DNA from: Octopus sinensis
Taxonomy: Eukaryota
Assembly (NCBI RefSeq): GCF_006345805.1
Contig: NC_042998.1
Coordinates: 107,942,001-108,006,000, forward strand
DNA: 64,000 bases
Reading direction: 5' to 3'
Part shown: positions 14,679 to 27,914 of the stretch, piece after piece
Position numbering within the stretch: the stretch's first letter is position 1
Layout of the letters: each line of letters begins with the position of its first letter
Notes under the pieces: generated by a model
Database searches by the model: none
What the model saw: the letters and a program-made list of their open reading frames with translations, nothing else
What the model was told of the DNA's origin: nothing
Position numbers and translations under genes: made by a program

Positions 14679-14727
<49 letters not shown>
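14655..14727. repeat. (TA)n microsatellite
   Basis: Seen directly. Confidence 0.95.
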
Positions 14728-14730
<3 letters not shown>

Positions 14731-14807
14731 GAAAACCAAGATGAGAGTGGAGATTTATTCACATCCAAAACTTTTTATTAAAAAGTTTTCTACAGCATAT
14801 ATAACAA

Positions 14808-14893
14808 TAACCAAACATGTTTCAACTGCAGCAACTACACATTACTCTGTATGCAATTATGCATCTTAGTCACTGCAATTTCATCAAGGGTCC
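14808..14893 (-). ncRNA. Degenerate hammerhead-ribozyme-like motif in a Penelope-type terminal repeat
   Basis: Minus strand: UUGAUGA, 8-bp stem II (AAUUGCAG/CUGCAGUU), then GAAAC AU GUU with a palindromic stem III; followed by AATAAA and (TA)n. Confidence 0.5.
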
Positions 14894-15071
14894 ATCACTT
14901 ACAACGTCTTCAAAGTGAACTAATTCAAACAAGCTTGTTGCATTGGTATTCAGTTGAAAGTGATAGCGTTACTTTTTAAATCAAATTGAATTCTGGGCCT
15001 ATAATCACCTCTACTGGTATTATATATATATGCACACACACACATGTACATATAGATATGCATGTACATGT

Positions 15072-15088
15072 GCGCACACACACGCACA

Positions 15089-15149
<61 letters not shown>
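15072..15149. repeat. (CA)n microsatellite
   Basis: Seen directly. Confidence 0.95.
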
Positions 15150-15151
<2 letters not shown>

Positions 15152-15796
15152 CATCATCACCACCATTGTTTTAACATCAACTTTTCTACGCTTGCATGGG
15201 TTGGCTGGAATTTATTGAAGGAGATTTTCTATTGTTGGATATTTTTCATGTCACTAACCATCACTTGTTTCCAAATAAGATAATATTACCCCATGATCAA
15301 GCATGTTTTCATGGAAGATTAGAAACAAAACACATGCAACAGTTCTCTGGCTTCCCAGCTCCTGCCAAACTGTTCAACCTATGCCAGCATGGAAAATGGA
15401 CATGAAATGGTGATGATGATGATAATGCTTCATACTTAAATTTATTTTGTATTTCTAAAACACCCAGGCAATATGTACTATGAATCAGATGGTCAATTTT
15501 TATAAAATTTGATTTATAAAAATTAGCAGTCTTATTTGTAGAGAAACCTAAATATCTTAGAAACATTAACAAATTTAAGTGCTTGAAACAACATGTTTAT
15601 ATTTGTGTGTGTGTGTGTATGTGTGTGTGTGTTTATGCATGTGTGTGCGTATGTTTGTGTACAACCCAACCAGACAGAGTGATTCTTAGAAATTCAGTTA
15701 GATAAACAAATGGATAGACAGCCAGCCAGTTAGATAGAAAGATGGATAGATAGATAATTAAATAGATGGATGGATAAAAAGACAGATAAACAGTGA

Positions 15797-15821
15797 GATA
15801 GATATATATATATATATATAT

Positions 15822-15882
<61 letters not shown>

Positions 15883-15915
15883 CAGACAGATAGATAGGCA
15901 GGTAGACAGATAGAT
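15797..15915. repeat. (TA)n/(TAGA)n compound microsatellite
   Basis: Seen directly. Confidence 0.95.
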
Positions 15916-16261
15916 ACTAACAGCAAGTCATTCATCTCACAGCTACTCTTTCCACCACAAATGTGAACCATGTGGCCAATCAATCAGACAATCTTGTGAG
16001 CAGAAGCAACAGGTGATGTCATGTCTGCTGATCCACAAAGGTCAAGTTGTTATAGATGATGTCATTATACACACATACACACATGCATACATTATATACA
16101 TACACAAATATGTATGTAATGCATAAATTATTACACACACATGTGCACATACACACACACAAGTGCACACACATGGAGAGGGAATGAGGAAAAAAGAAAT
16201 GCAAATGACGAAAAATTATAACTTTGTAAATGACATGAAAAAATGTAAGCTTACTACATAC

Positions 16262-16450
16262 CTTAATCTGATTGTTAATTACTCTAAGTTCATTTTCATA
16301 TTGGCTCTGAATTTCAGTTTTCTGTTTCTGCCATGTCAGCTCTCGTTCTTTAGACAGAGTCATCATGTGGCTTAGTTGCTCTTCGTATGACTTTTGTAAA
16401 CCTGTTATACAACTCTCTTTTTGACGTAGACTATCTTCAAGATGGGACAC
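16262..16450 (-). CDS. CCDC171: CCDC171-like exon (phase 0/0)
   Basis: Acceptor tttttaaag|GTG and donor AAG|gtatgt. Translates VSHLEDSLRQKESCITGLQKSYEEQL...ERELTWQKQK...NNQIK. Confidence 0.87.
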
Positions 16451-16484
16451 CTTTAAAAACAACAATAATAACAATAATAATAAT

Positions 16485-16698
16485 CCTTTTTACTAAAGGC
16501 ACAAGGCCTGAAATTTATGGAGAGGGGACTAGTCGATTACACTGACCCCAGTGTTTTGCTGGTACTTAATTTATTTACCCCGCAAAGAAGAAAGGCAAAG
16601 TTGACCTTGGCAGAATTTGAACTCAGAATGTAGTGATGGGCAAAATACCACTAAGCATTTTGTCTGGCATGCTACTGATTCTGCCAACTCACCACCTT
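16485..16698 (-). mobile_element. tRNA-derived SINE family A (best copy; others near 4350-4500, 8550-8650, 17720-17810, 35020-35180, 53650-53830)
   Basis: Minus strand has an A-box-like GGTGAGTTGGCAGAA and a B-box-like GAGTTCAAATTC, a shared core CTTTGCCTTTC...AAGTACCAG and a (TTA)n tail. Confidence 0.7.
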
Positions 16699-16725
16699 AA
16701 TAATAATGATAATAATAATAATAGT

Positions 16726-17474
16726 AACAAGAGCACTCAGAGAGCACAAACCTCTGCCAACAAAACACCAACGTCTTCTCAACGATTAACCGGAGATGAT
16801 TTTTAAAATGAGAATATCTGAAATAAAATCAACTGCTCTCACAAAGGAAAATACTAAAAATGGACCCAATCACTCTCAAATGGAAAAATAATCCAAATAT
16901 ATATATATTGAGTGAGAGGTGATGGGAGAGGAGATGAAATGCTAATACAGAGAAGGAGAAGTAGTGAGAGTAATAGCCATGACTGAGAGGGAGTGAGAGA
17001 AAGTAAGGACAATGAGAAAGGCAAAACAAGGTGGCAAAGAATGAGAAAAGAAGGGGTGATAGATGAATAATGAAGGAAGGAATGAAAAAGCCAATAAATG
17101 GTGTTTGAAGTGTGAGTATATGTGTGTAAAAGAGAGGTATGTTTGAATGTGTGTATGTGTGTACAATAGTAATGGGATGGTAATGTTCATTGCTGAAAAT
17201 GTTTGAGTATATGTGTGTATGTGTGTGCATGTACAAAAGAACTATGTGAAACTTTATGTATACATGTAAAGAAAATATAAAAAATAATCCAGAATCCTTG
17301 TCCGCTACTGGGTTGATTCCAAAATGAATGAGACCGTGCCAGTTACATGGCCAAACATCCCTGAAAGTTTCATCTAAATCCATCCAGCAGTGTTTGAGAT
17401 ATCTTGTCCATGGACAAACAAACAAACAAACATGACTGAAAACAATGCCCCCATCTTCACTAAGGCGGAGGTAA
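16726..17474 (+). mobile_element. Helentron-associated non-autonomous element (HINE/DINE-1-like)
   Basis: 5' AACAAGAGCACTCAG...ACCTCTGCC and 3' GGCGGAGGTAA sub-terminal inverted repeats; AAGTTTCATCTAAATCCATCC core and (CAAA)n near the 3' end. Confidence 0.65.
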
Positions 17475-17489
17475 TAATAATATAGACAA

Positions 17490-17702
17490 ATGGTTGAAAG
17501 AGATTCAAATAGAATGCCGAGTAGAGCTCCTACAGAAAGTTTGTCTCTTAGGGACAGCAAGGATTATCAAGAGGGTTCTAAGCACTTGAAAGGCTGCTGA
17601 AAACTTGTGGATACCTAAGGTTACAGGTAGTAACCCATCACCCACAAAATTCAACCAGGAATAAGACTGAATCTGAGCTAAACCAAAATGATAATAATAA
17701 TA
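17490..17702 (+). mobile_element. R4/Dong-like non-LTR retrotransposon 3' end
   Basis: C-terminal LLQKVCLLGTARIIKRVLST* followed by a short UTR and (TAA)n. Confidence 0.65.
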
Positions 17703-17829
17703 CTGAAATTTAGCGGGTGAGGTTAGTTGATTGCATTGACCATAGTAATTTGACTAACACTTATTTTATCAACCCTGAAAGGATGAAAGGTAAAGTTGAC
17801 ACCAGCAGAAATACTACTACTACTACTAC

Positions 17830-18300
17830 TTTTGAGAGAAAAAGTAGAAAGCTTTTGACAATGTATGGAGTCCATCCCAAAGCTGATATTAACCAGTTGT
17901 ACTTGAAAAGAAACCAGTGTGGAAGAGACTTGATGGCTGTAGAAGAGTGTGTAGATGGAAAGAAAAGCTTATTAAGAATATCTACAGAACAGCACAGAGA
18001 AATTACGAAAGGCAGTGAATAAAGGATCAGGCGATTAAGTGTGAAAGAGGGGAAAAGACAAGAATGAAATTCAAATAGAGCATGTTAAATAAATTGGAGA
18101 GAAATCAGTTTTGGAAAGCAACTGAGGATGTATGTGAAATTTGGTTGAAAAAAGAAACAGAGCACTTTATCACAGAAGCCCAAGATGGGATAATTTGTGT
18201 ATTGAGTGAAGGTGTCAGCAAAATGTAAGAGTGTGCGGAATTTGGGATGAATCAATGGCATGCATGCATGCAGTAAGTCCTAAGTTAGCCCAGGGAGAAT
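17830..18300 (+). mobile_element. R4/Dong-like internal fragment
   Basis: ERKSRKLLTMYGVHPKADINQLYLKRNQCGRDL (cf. DRKTRKLLT...HPKSDVDRLYL.R..GGRGL) and WLKKETEHFITEAQD. Confidence 0.7.
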
Positions 18301-18686
18301 ATATTGTGCTAATGATTCTGCCAGCTTGCCACCTTACTTTAAATCAATATTAACTTAATTATATTAAACACATAGGTAGGTAGATAGACAAACACACACA
18401 CACACACACACAAATAAAAGGAGACAGAAACACACGATCTTATATACACACACTTCACACACTTACAGATGCATATGGACACACATGCATATATAACAGG
18501 AGCATTTACATACACAAACTCATACACATAAACATGCACATGTAAGGAAGCAGAGTTACAAACATACATACACAAACACACAACCACACATACACACACA
18601 AACACACATCCACACACACACACATGAATATTCAGGATACATACATATATACATAAACACACATACATACATCCATATACACACAC

Positions 18687-20632
18687 ATCATCATCATCAT
18701 CATCATCATCATGGGTTGGACGGTTCAACTGGGGTCTGGGAAGCCAGGAGGCTGCACCAGGCCCAGTCTGATCTGGCAGTGTTTCTACAGCTGGATGCCC
18801 TTCCTAATGCCAACCACTCTGTGAGTGTAGTGGGTACTTTTTACGTGCCAGACGAGGCTGGTAACGGCCACATTCGGATGGTTCTCTTACGTGCCACTGG
18901 CACTGGTATCACAACTACAATTTCCAGAGTTTTGTGTCCCAAAAAGGAAAGGTATGCATTAGCGGACTGGCTACATCCCAGGTAGAAGACACGGGTTATG
19001 GTCTCACTTGTCCTGCCGGGTCTTCTCACGCACAGCATACTTCCAAAGATCTCGGTCACTAGTCATTGCCTCGGTGAGACCTAATGTTCGAAGGTCGTGC
19101 TTCACCACCTCGTCCCAGGATTTCCTGGGTCTACCTCTTCCACAGGTTTCCTCAACCACTAGGGTGTGGCACTTTTTCACACAACTATCTTCATCCATTC
19201 TTGCCAGATGACCATATCAGCGCAAACGTCTCTCTTGCACACCACAACTGATGCGTCTTAGGTCCAACTTTTCTCTCAAGGTACTTACACTCTGTCAAGT
19301 ATGAACACTGACATTACACATCCATCGGAGCATACTGGCTTAATTTCTTGCAAGCTTATGCATATGCTTAGCAGTCACGGCCCATGTTTCACTGCCATGT
19401 AGCATGGCTGTTCATACACATGCGTCATACAGTCTGCCTTTTACTCTGAGCGAGAGGCCTTTTGTCACCAGCAGAGGTAAGAGCTCTCTGAACTTTGCCC
19501 AGGCTATTCTTACTCTAGCAGTTACACTTTCAGCACACCTGCCCCCGCTACTGACTTAGTCACCTAGGTAACGGAAGCTATCAACTACTTCTAGTTTTTC
19601 TCCCTGGAATGTGGCAGAAGTTGAGCATCTGCCACATACAAAAACTATCTTCCTAGTTAGCCTTCCTTTGACATTGCTGCACCTCTTATGTGTCCATAGC
19701 TTACACTTTGCATCTTATAGAGTTTCTACCAACGCCTTTTCTACAGATCGAGCAGGGCCATCTACCTGAAGGCATTTGTGATTTGTCTACCTTCCTACTT
19801 ATTAGGACTTTGGTTTTAGCTAGGTTGACTCTAAGGCCCTTCGATTCTAATCCTTGCTTCCACACCTGAAACTTCTCCACCAGTTCTGATAGTGACTCAG
19901 CAATTAGAGCAAGGTCATCAGCATAGAGGTGCTCCCAGGGGCATCCTGTCTTGAATTCCTCTATTATTGCCTGGAGGACTATGATAAATAGGAGGGGGCT
20001 GAGGTCTGAACCCTGGTGGACCCCTACCTCTACCCGGAATTCTTCACTGTACTCGTTGCCAACCCTCACCTTACTAACAGCGTCCCTGTACATGGCTCAC
20101 ACAGCTCTCACTAACCATTCATCTATCCCTAGTTTCCTCATTGACCACCAGATAAGGGATCAGGGGATCCTGTCAAAGGCTTTCTTCATGTCAACGAAAG
20201 CCAGGTTGAGAGGTTTATCTTTGGCTAGTTATTTCTCCTGCAGCTGTCTTACCAGGAATATAGCATCAGTGGTGCTTTTCCCTGGCATGAACCCAAACTG
20301 CATTTCATCTAAACTGACTCTCTCTCTCTAATTAGTTGGGCTATGACCCTCTCCGTGATCTTCATTACTTGATCCATCAACTTGATACCTCTGTAATTAT
20401 TTGTATCTAGAGCGTCACCTTTACCTTTGTAGCAGTTGACTATTATGCTGCTACACCAGTCATTGGGTATGACTCCTTTGTGTATCACCTGGTTAACTAT
20501 ACGCGTGACTAGGCTATAGCCAACACTGCCAAATATTTTGAGCATCTCTGCAGTGATTCCTGATGGGCTGGGGCTTTCCCTGCCTTCATACTCTTGATGG
20601 CTTTAACTACCAAGGTACTGTCAATTCGGATA
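18687..20632 (-). mobile_element. RTE-clade LINE, 5'-truncated, relatively well preserved
   Basis: RT motifs YKGKGDALD.NNYRGIKL, VDMKKAFD, GVHQGS.LSPLLF, LYADDLAL; C-terminal GRGRPRKSW; 3' UTR and (GAT)n tail. Several frameshifts and stops. Confidence 0.93.
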
Positions 20633-21960
20633 GCATAATATACATATAGCATAATATATAGCATAATATACATATATATATACATAAGCACATATGCATG
20701 CTGGCATGTGCACACACACACACACACACACACACAACAAGATCATGCATCAAAATCTCACAAAAGTAAACAAATCAAAAGCAAAAAAAAAAAAAATTAA
20801 CACGGCTTTAATAATGGACCATCAGTCAAAATCCATTGATATTGCTGCAAATATGGTGACAATAAAGCTTTCTGGAATAAATAAATAAATAAATGAATGA
20901 GTGGAAATTATATTAAGGCACTATGACTCTCCCCAGACAACAAAATATATTAAATACATTACCATTAAATACATTGAATGTGTTAGTACTAATTTACCTA
21001 TGGTTTATGGTTATGTTAGATAGGTATACTAAAATACTATGGCAACGTATAACAGACTTGAACTGCTGTACAATGTGATTTGTAATGACATAAAATTGAA
21101 GAAGGATTTTAATGTATGATGAACAAAATGTTTAGTGAATGAAAAGGAACAAAGCTTAGATTTATATTATGCAGATAACAAAGAATGATTAATTCAGTAT
21201 ATAATAGCTGCTGCCAACCGAGATACGGATAGCATTAATGATAGCGGCAAATATAAAGCACACTTAAAAAGAGAGCAAAAGAAAATGTCATTTCTCAGAT
21301 GGAATTAAAGAGATTAAAAAAAGGCTTGATGAATGATAAATACTGAAATTGATGGTGCAAAGAAAGTTTGAAGAGAGAAAGAGAATATATTCTGGTGACT
21401 GCCTGATAAGACAGACTCAATTCAGATTTTATGAAGAAAAGCAACTCTCCTGTGGAAAACTAACAAGTATTGCCTTTGTGGACAAAAGATAAAAGTACCC
21501 CATTTAATCAGTGGCTCACAAAATGTTATCTCAGAAGGATTAAAAATGTGTGAAAAGTGTACCTCAGTCTTCATTGGTATCAGCACTTAATTAAAAAGCA
21601 TACCAAAATAATATGGGGTTACAAAACATAAATGGTCCACACACTAATTTTTTTTGAGCAACATGAATCCATCTGTTTGTTAGAAAGAGTAAAAGTAGTT
21701 TTATATTTTCTCCTTATCTAAATTAAAGTGACTCAGACAACAATAGTATAGCATTTTGCTCAGATCTCACTATTGATGATGACACAAGGATTAGGTTAGA
21801 CTGAGCAGAAGGTAAACATCACTTGATATTTTAATCCTTGAAGTTTATAGGGTTGTTAACAAAGGCTTTAGTTAACTAAGCTGAACCATAATTTACAGAT
21901 GGCAAATACAGATGATGAAAGGGTGTGTTACAGTACAGTTCCCAGCAGTATACTACACAT

Positions 21961-22140
21961 GAATTAAATATAACAAATAACTAAATATAACACAGGATTA
22001 AAGATAATAATAATTAAATATAACAGGCAATTATGCAAAGCAACGGATTAAATATAACATGAGACTACATGTAGCAAGAAACAAAATATAAGAAGAGACT
22101 AAATATAACAGGGGATTAAATATAACAAGAAACTATAAAC
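21961..22140 (+). repeat. Degenerate ~18-bp minisatellite (GATTAAATATAACA core)
   Basis: TAAATATAAC recurs in tandem with variable purine spacers. Confidence 0.75.
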
Positions 22141-22927
22141 ACACATACACAGTTCGGCTACAACTGAGATGTGTTTCCCTTCACAATGCTGTGCCAAGAA
22201 TCTTTGGTAGGTCCTCATTTACAGTGTTCTGAAGGGATGCTAATGAGTCTTGCATATCATACAGTTGATGAACTATAAGGGCAAGATATCAGCATAGGTC
22301 AGAGAGATACATGCTCTGCTGATATCTTGATTATTTCTGCTTGATGGTGAAGCCTTGGGTTTTGACGATGACAACAGGAAGTTTTTATGGGACAATATTA
22401 CTGAAGGATACAGACCAAATCTGTGGTTGGTGCAAAGTTCGAGCCAGATTAAGGATGACATGGTGATGGAACAGTGAAACAGACAGAGCTATAAAAGCAA
22501 AGAGACAAACTTGAAAAATTGTGAGAATGGGGGTAGCAGAGAAATCATACCAGGAAGCTAAGCGACAGATTTAGTTAGCAAAGGGAGAAGCAGAAGGGAA
22601 GCCAATGTTCTGCAGCATGAAGGCAGGAGATATGAGGTGTTCCAGAGATCAAGACAGTGTATCTGAGAAAATTGGGGAGGAACAAAGTTTGACAAATATG
22701 GTATTAGTTTAATGCTTCAATGGAGAAAGAGAGTATTCTAAGGTTTTGAATGTTAATCCTTCATCAGAAATAAAAGCTAAAAAAAAAAAAAAAAGAGAAG
22801 GGAGAGCAAAAAAGACAAATAGCGAGTTTATAAAAAAGAAAGAAAATAAGGAACAAAAAGGAATCAGGAGGAAGGTGAAAAGTCATTAATTAGAGGGGAA
22901 TTAAAGAAATTGAAAGTAATAGGTGTG

Positions 22928-23148
22928 TATGAAGGGATGCTGAAAAGTTCCTGGCTTTGGGTAAAAGAAAATACAGGAGGATCAGTTAATTATGATTTTA
23001 CTCAACATATTCCCCTCTCAGATTCATACACTTATCAAAGTGGTCCTTCAGTTTTTCTATGCCTTGTAAAAGAACTTGGAAGTTTGGGCCTCCAACCAAG
23101 CCTTTTGTGATACCCTTTAAAGTCAGGAACTTTTCAACACTCCTCATA
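22928..23148. mobile_element. mariner-type MITE
   Basis: ~30-bp TIRs TATGAAGGGATGCTGAAAAGTTCCTGGCTTT / AAAGTCAGGAACTTTTCAACACTCCTCATA, TA-flanked, non-coding. Confidence 0.75.
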
Positions 23149-23300
23149 TATGCATGTCCCAAATACATCTGTGTCTGGAAGCACGAATAAAGAGAAAGGG
23201 TTATGACAATAAATGCAAGGAAATAAAAAAAGAATGGGAGGGAAGGGAAGAAAGGAACAAAGGGTAAGGAAGAGAAAAAGATGATATAGATATATACATA

Positions 23301-24505
23301 TTAGGCTGGCCAAAAAGTTCATTCAGTTATTGTCAACACCAAACTTTAAGCATTCTAATAAGTAGCTAACTTCAGTCTGATCCTTGTGCATTAGATATTT
23401 GAAACATCAACATAGTTTGATGCCAACTTGCAATGATATAGGTTGTATTTTGGGTGCTTAAAATTACCATGTAAAAAGAGATCCAAAATGAACATTATTA
23501 ATATCTCATGCTTCTTTATTTCATAAAAAGCCAGAAAGTGGTAGAACCCTGCAGGAAGATATGTGCTGTGTATGAAGAGAATGCTGTTATGGAATGTATG
23601 TATCAAAAGTGGTTTTCAAGATTTCAATCAGGAAATCTTTTTGTTTCAAGATGCACCTTGCCTAGGCTGGCCAACTGAGGTCAAACATTGACACCAGCTC
23701 ATGTTATAGAACTAGGATGATTGTAGATATTCCTTGAATATCTGAATTGAATGTTCAAAACTATCTGCATCAATTTGGTTATGTCAGTAGACTCAATGTT
23801 TGTGTCCCACATCAACTGAATGAGGCTAACTTTTCCCAATGGATTTCCATCTGTGATTCATTGCATAAATGTGAAGAAAATGGCAACAGGGGATGAAAAA
23901 TAGACTGTCTATAGCAATGTGAATTGCAAACGGTAATGAGGGAAATGTAGCAAACCACCACAATCTCTAAAACAGGACTTCACCTGAAGAAGGTTATGCT
24001 TTTAATTTGGTAGGATTGGAAGGGTGCTGTCTTTACAAGCTTCTTCCCACAGACAAGATCATCAATTCAAATATGTACTCTGACCAGCTGGACAAATTAA
24101 ACACAGCAATTCACCAGAAGTATCCAGTACTTACTAATCACAAGGACATTGTCATTCATCATGACAATGCCAAACCATTCACTTCTTTGCAGACACGGCA
24201 GAAGTTACTGGGGTCCAGCTGGGAAATTTTACTACACCCTCCCTATTTGCCCAACCTTGTGCTTTCAGATTTTCATCTATCTCAATCTCTTCAAAATTCA
24301 TTGAATGGACAGCCCTTCAACTATTAAGAGGATGTAAAAATTCACCTGGAAGAGTTTTTCCCCAATAAAGACAAGACATTCTTTGAGTAGGAGATAATGG
24401 ATCTTGCCACAAGATAGTAGAAGATACTGGAACAGAATGGTAATTATACAAAAACTTTTGTCTTATTTTCGTTTAAAAAATCAAATGACTTTTTGGTCAA
24501 TACTA
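23301..24505 (+). mobile_element. Decayed near full-length mariner (DD34D) transposon
   Basis: Motifs CVPHQL (WVPHEL), TGDEK, HHDNAKP and HPPYLPNLVLSDFHL. Imperfect TIRs ...GGCCAAAAAGTTCATT / AATGACTTTTTGGTC. Confidence 0.88.
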
Positions 24506-24961
24506 TATATATAATACATGCACACATGCATGCAGTTTCTCATGGAACTATTTAACTAATTCGATATATACTTATTGAAAAGTTATAAACAATAACATTG
24601 CATTTTACACTTTGGCACTTCAATCAGATTGTCATTATTGTTTTAATGTTTACTTTTAAAATGCTTGCATGGCTCAAACAAGAGTATGTTAGGACGGAAT
24701 TTTCAATGATCAGATGCCTTTCCTGATGCCAACCACCACCTGAGGTAATATCTCACTGTTTATTGAACAACAAACAGCTAGAGCATAGTTACATGGGGAA
24801 CTGGAAACAAACAACACTGTATGAATGAGCCATTTATTTATAATCAGTGAGTCCATGTGGAAGTGAAGGGAAATATGAACTTGCTTGCACAAACATATCC
24901 ATATATTCTCTCTCCCTCTCCCTCCGTCCCCCCTCTCTCTCTCACACACACACACACACAT

Positions 24962-25122
24962 ACAATGGGTTTCTTTCCGTTACTGTCTATCAAATCCACT
25001 AACAAAGCTTTGGTCAACCTGGGGCTATAGTTGAAGACACTTGCCCAAGGTGTCATGCAGTGGGGCTGAACTTAAAACCATATGGTTGGGAAGCAAACTT
25101 CCTACCAAGACAGACTTGCTTG
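24962..25122 (-). mobile_element. tRNA-derived SINE family B (other copies near 8790-8935, 26775-26895, 34820-34915, 38592-38765, 57470-57600, 60140-60240)
   Basis: Shared GGTAAGAAGTTTGCTTCCCAACCA...GGTTCAG...CACCTTGGGCAAGTGTCTT...GACCAAAGC...GGAAAC consensus followed by (TG)n. Confidence 0.75.
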
Positions 25123-25149
25123 CATACCACAACCAAATGTGTCATTGTT

Positions 25150-25900
25150 TTCTTTACATGCAGAAAGTTGTTTGTGAACATTTCTTAAATTGTCTTAGTG
25201 CACTGGAAATGGCACAATAATAACTGCTCTTTTTTGTTTTCTCCTCAAGCTGGAAGGTTGTAATTGATAGGATTTCAATCATGCATGAACCATAAATTGT
25301 TGTCAGTAAAAAAGTATGGCAAATGTAGAATGGCATTGTTTAATTTGACAATACAATACCTTTCAGTATTCATGGTTGACCCTGAAATATCATTTTATAT
25401 TTACCCCTGTAAATAATCATAAATTCAGAAAGGAAGAGCCACAGTTATAATTTTTAGGATTGATGTACAACGATTTATTTTATATAATACTGCCAGTTGT
25501 TCCTATTGATTTTTCCATTAAAATCTAACATTGTTTCATCCAAGAACAATGGCATTTTATGAGAAATCTCAGAGAAAAATAAATAAAAAAGATTTGTTCC
25601 ATAAATTTCCACAATTCCAATCAAACTGTCTTAATCATGTCCTATAAAGCATTTGTTTTCCCTCACATTTTATATGGATAATAACCAAGATTTCCAATGC
25701 ATCTGTGATCTGATGGTTTTGAAGTACTATTTTATTTTTAGCAATTGTCTTCTTGTATTACACAATGCTTGTTCAGATATTACATTTTAAACTTCTTTTC
25801 AAATCTCTACTGAAACAGATCAATGACTTGATCTATTTCTCTCTGAAGTAAAAGTTTCCTGTTTCCACCAGTTTTATGAGTAATAAACATTTGCTCACCT
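25150..25900 (-). mobile_element. Highly decayed Tc1/mariner-superfamily fragment (DD37D/DD41D-like)
   Basis: LFLDETMLDFNGKINRNNWQYY resembles FSDEAHF.LNG.VN.QN.RYW. No TIRs resolved. Confidence 0.4.
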
Positions 25901-27914
25901 GAAGCACATTAAATCCTTTAGTGAATAAATTATATTATCAAAAGCAATAGATTTTTGTTCAGTTGTTCACTCTAAAATTACAAAATCACCAACTAACTAA
26001 ATATATATAAAAGAAACCCATTTAAGCTTGTGAGGCAATCACATGGTCATGAGTTTGATCCTAGAGCTTGGTATTTTTGGAAAATGTTTTTACTTAAACC
26101 TTGTGATGGAAACCTGAAAACTATGTTTATGTCTCCTTTTCTTAACATCAAGAGATAATTATAAATATCCAACACCATCTTATAAGCAGAGTCCCTCATT
26201 TCCAATCTTCTGTGTAAAACATGTTCAGTTACGGGGAAATATTACTTTGCTTGGAAACAGGCGAAGGTTGGTGATAGGAAGGGCATCCAGCCATGGAAAA
26301 TCTATCTCAATGATTCCAATCTGACCTATGCAAGCATGGGAAAGTGGACTTTGTGTGGTTTGAGTTGAAATCCTGCCTTCCTCACCAGATAAAAAGATTC
26401 TTTTCACTCCCACATTCTCACAAGTATAAATCTGTTCCTCTCATCATATTTTAGCATCTCTTGGCATCTCACATACTATCACCATAATCTTTCTCTATTC
26501 ACCTTACATTCAAGGGCATCTCCTTCAGGATCTTTAATCTTGCAAATTGCAAGGCTATCTCACCAGAGCTGGTGCCATAAGAAATAAAGTACCTAGTACA
26601 CACAGTATAGTTGGCATTAGGAAGGGCATGCCAAAATAGAAACATTGGAGCATGATGTGGTCTTCCAATTCATCAAATCCTTATCAAACCTTTCGACCTA
26701 TGAAAGGATGGACAGTCTATTTCAAACATATGTACATCTCTTCCTCTCCTTCTGTGAAGACTGTTTAGTTAAGTTTGCTTTGGAACAATGTGATTGGGAG
26801 TTCAGTCCTACTGTGGAGACATTGTAGGCAGGTGTTCTACACTATAGCTATGAATCAACCAATACCTAAATAACTTGTCAGTAAAATTGGTAGACTCTGC
26901 TGGGTGGTTTGTGTTAGGAAGGGTATCCAGCCGTAAAAACCCTGCCAAAACAGATACAGAAGCCTGCCTTGCCAGCTCCTGTCAAACCATCCAACCCATG
27001 CCAGCATGGATGGTGAACATCAAATGATGATGGTGATGATAATGATATATATCTGTTTGTGTGAGTGTCTCTATGGATGTGACTGAGTTTATTATTTATC
27101 TTGTAGTTCTTTTTTTAAATTGAAAAAAAAAGAACTATATGCACCATGACAGAAATTGTAAAAAATACCTTTTCTTTCCCTTTCCATCTTTTTCTCTTTC
27201 TTCACTTATTTTATAAAAAGCCAATATGACTGTACTTTCAATAATGTACACCGAATATTTACATTGAAACTACTCTCTATCCCTGTGAAACTCACTGAAA
27301 TTTCTGTGAACGTTTGATGGTTTAAACATGTTTGTCTAATTTTTACCTTGTAATTTTTAAACTCTATCTTCTTTTTTATATATATTTGTACTGTTGACAA
27401 GCAAAAAATTGTTGGAAGTAGTTTGGTATGTGAATAAATCTATCTAACCCTAAAACAACAACAACAACAACACCACTGCCACCACTGCCACCATCATCAT
27501 TTAGCTTCCACTTACCATGCTGGCATGGGTTAGACAGTTTGATTGGACCTTTGATTCACAAATATATCATTGTTTTAATCTCTACTTTTCCATGTTTGCA
27601 AGGGTCAGATGGAATTTGTTGGAGCAGATTTTCTATGATTAGATGTCCTTCCTGTCATCAACTCATCTATTTCTGAGCAAAGTAATATTTCCCCATAGTT
27701 GGACATATTTTCATGGAAGGTTGGAAATGAATGACAGCTTGTAAGGCAGTGACAATCATTTACAACTATCATACAATATCAACACAAGAAGACACAGACA
27801 TACATACAGACACACACACGTGTGTGTGCCTGTATGTGATATTTATTTCAGCTTATGCTCTACAATCTGGCCTGGCAGAATAACAGAAAGACCATTTATG
27901 TGGCTCTTTATGAG

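Noticed and set aside
14950-15283. CV- and HT-repeat ORFs (also 15633-15983, 18339-18728, 46468-46956, 51949-52149, 61443-61724)
   Set aside because: These are translations of microsatellites.
16829-17560. 243-aa ORF, longest in the ORF track
   Set aside because: It is an antisense read-through of a Helentron-like repeat and a purine-rich low-complexity tract, with biased F/L/S/H composition and no domain.
25154-25336. Possible extra CCDC171 exon in the 15-kb intron
   Set aside because: The flanking exons already join seamlessly (ANQK|VSHL), and the region looks like a decayed transposase.
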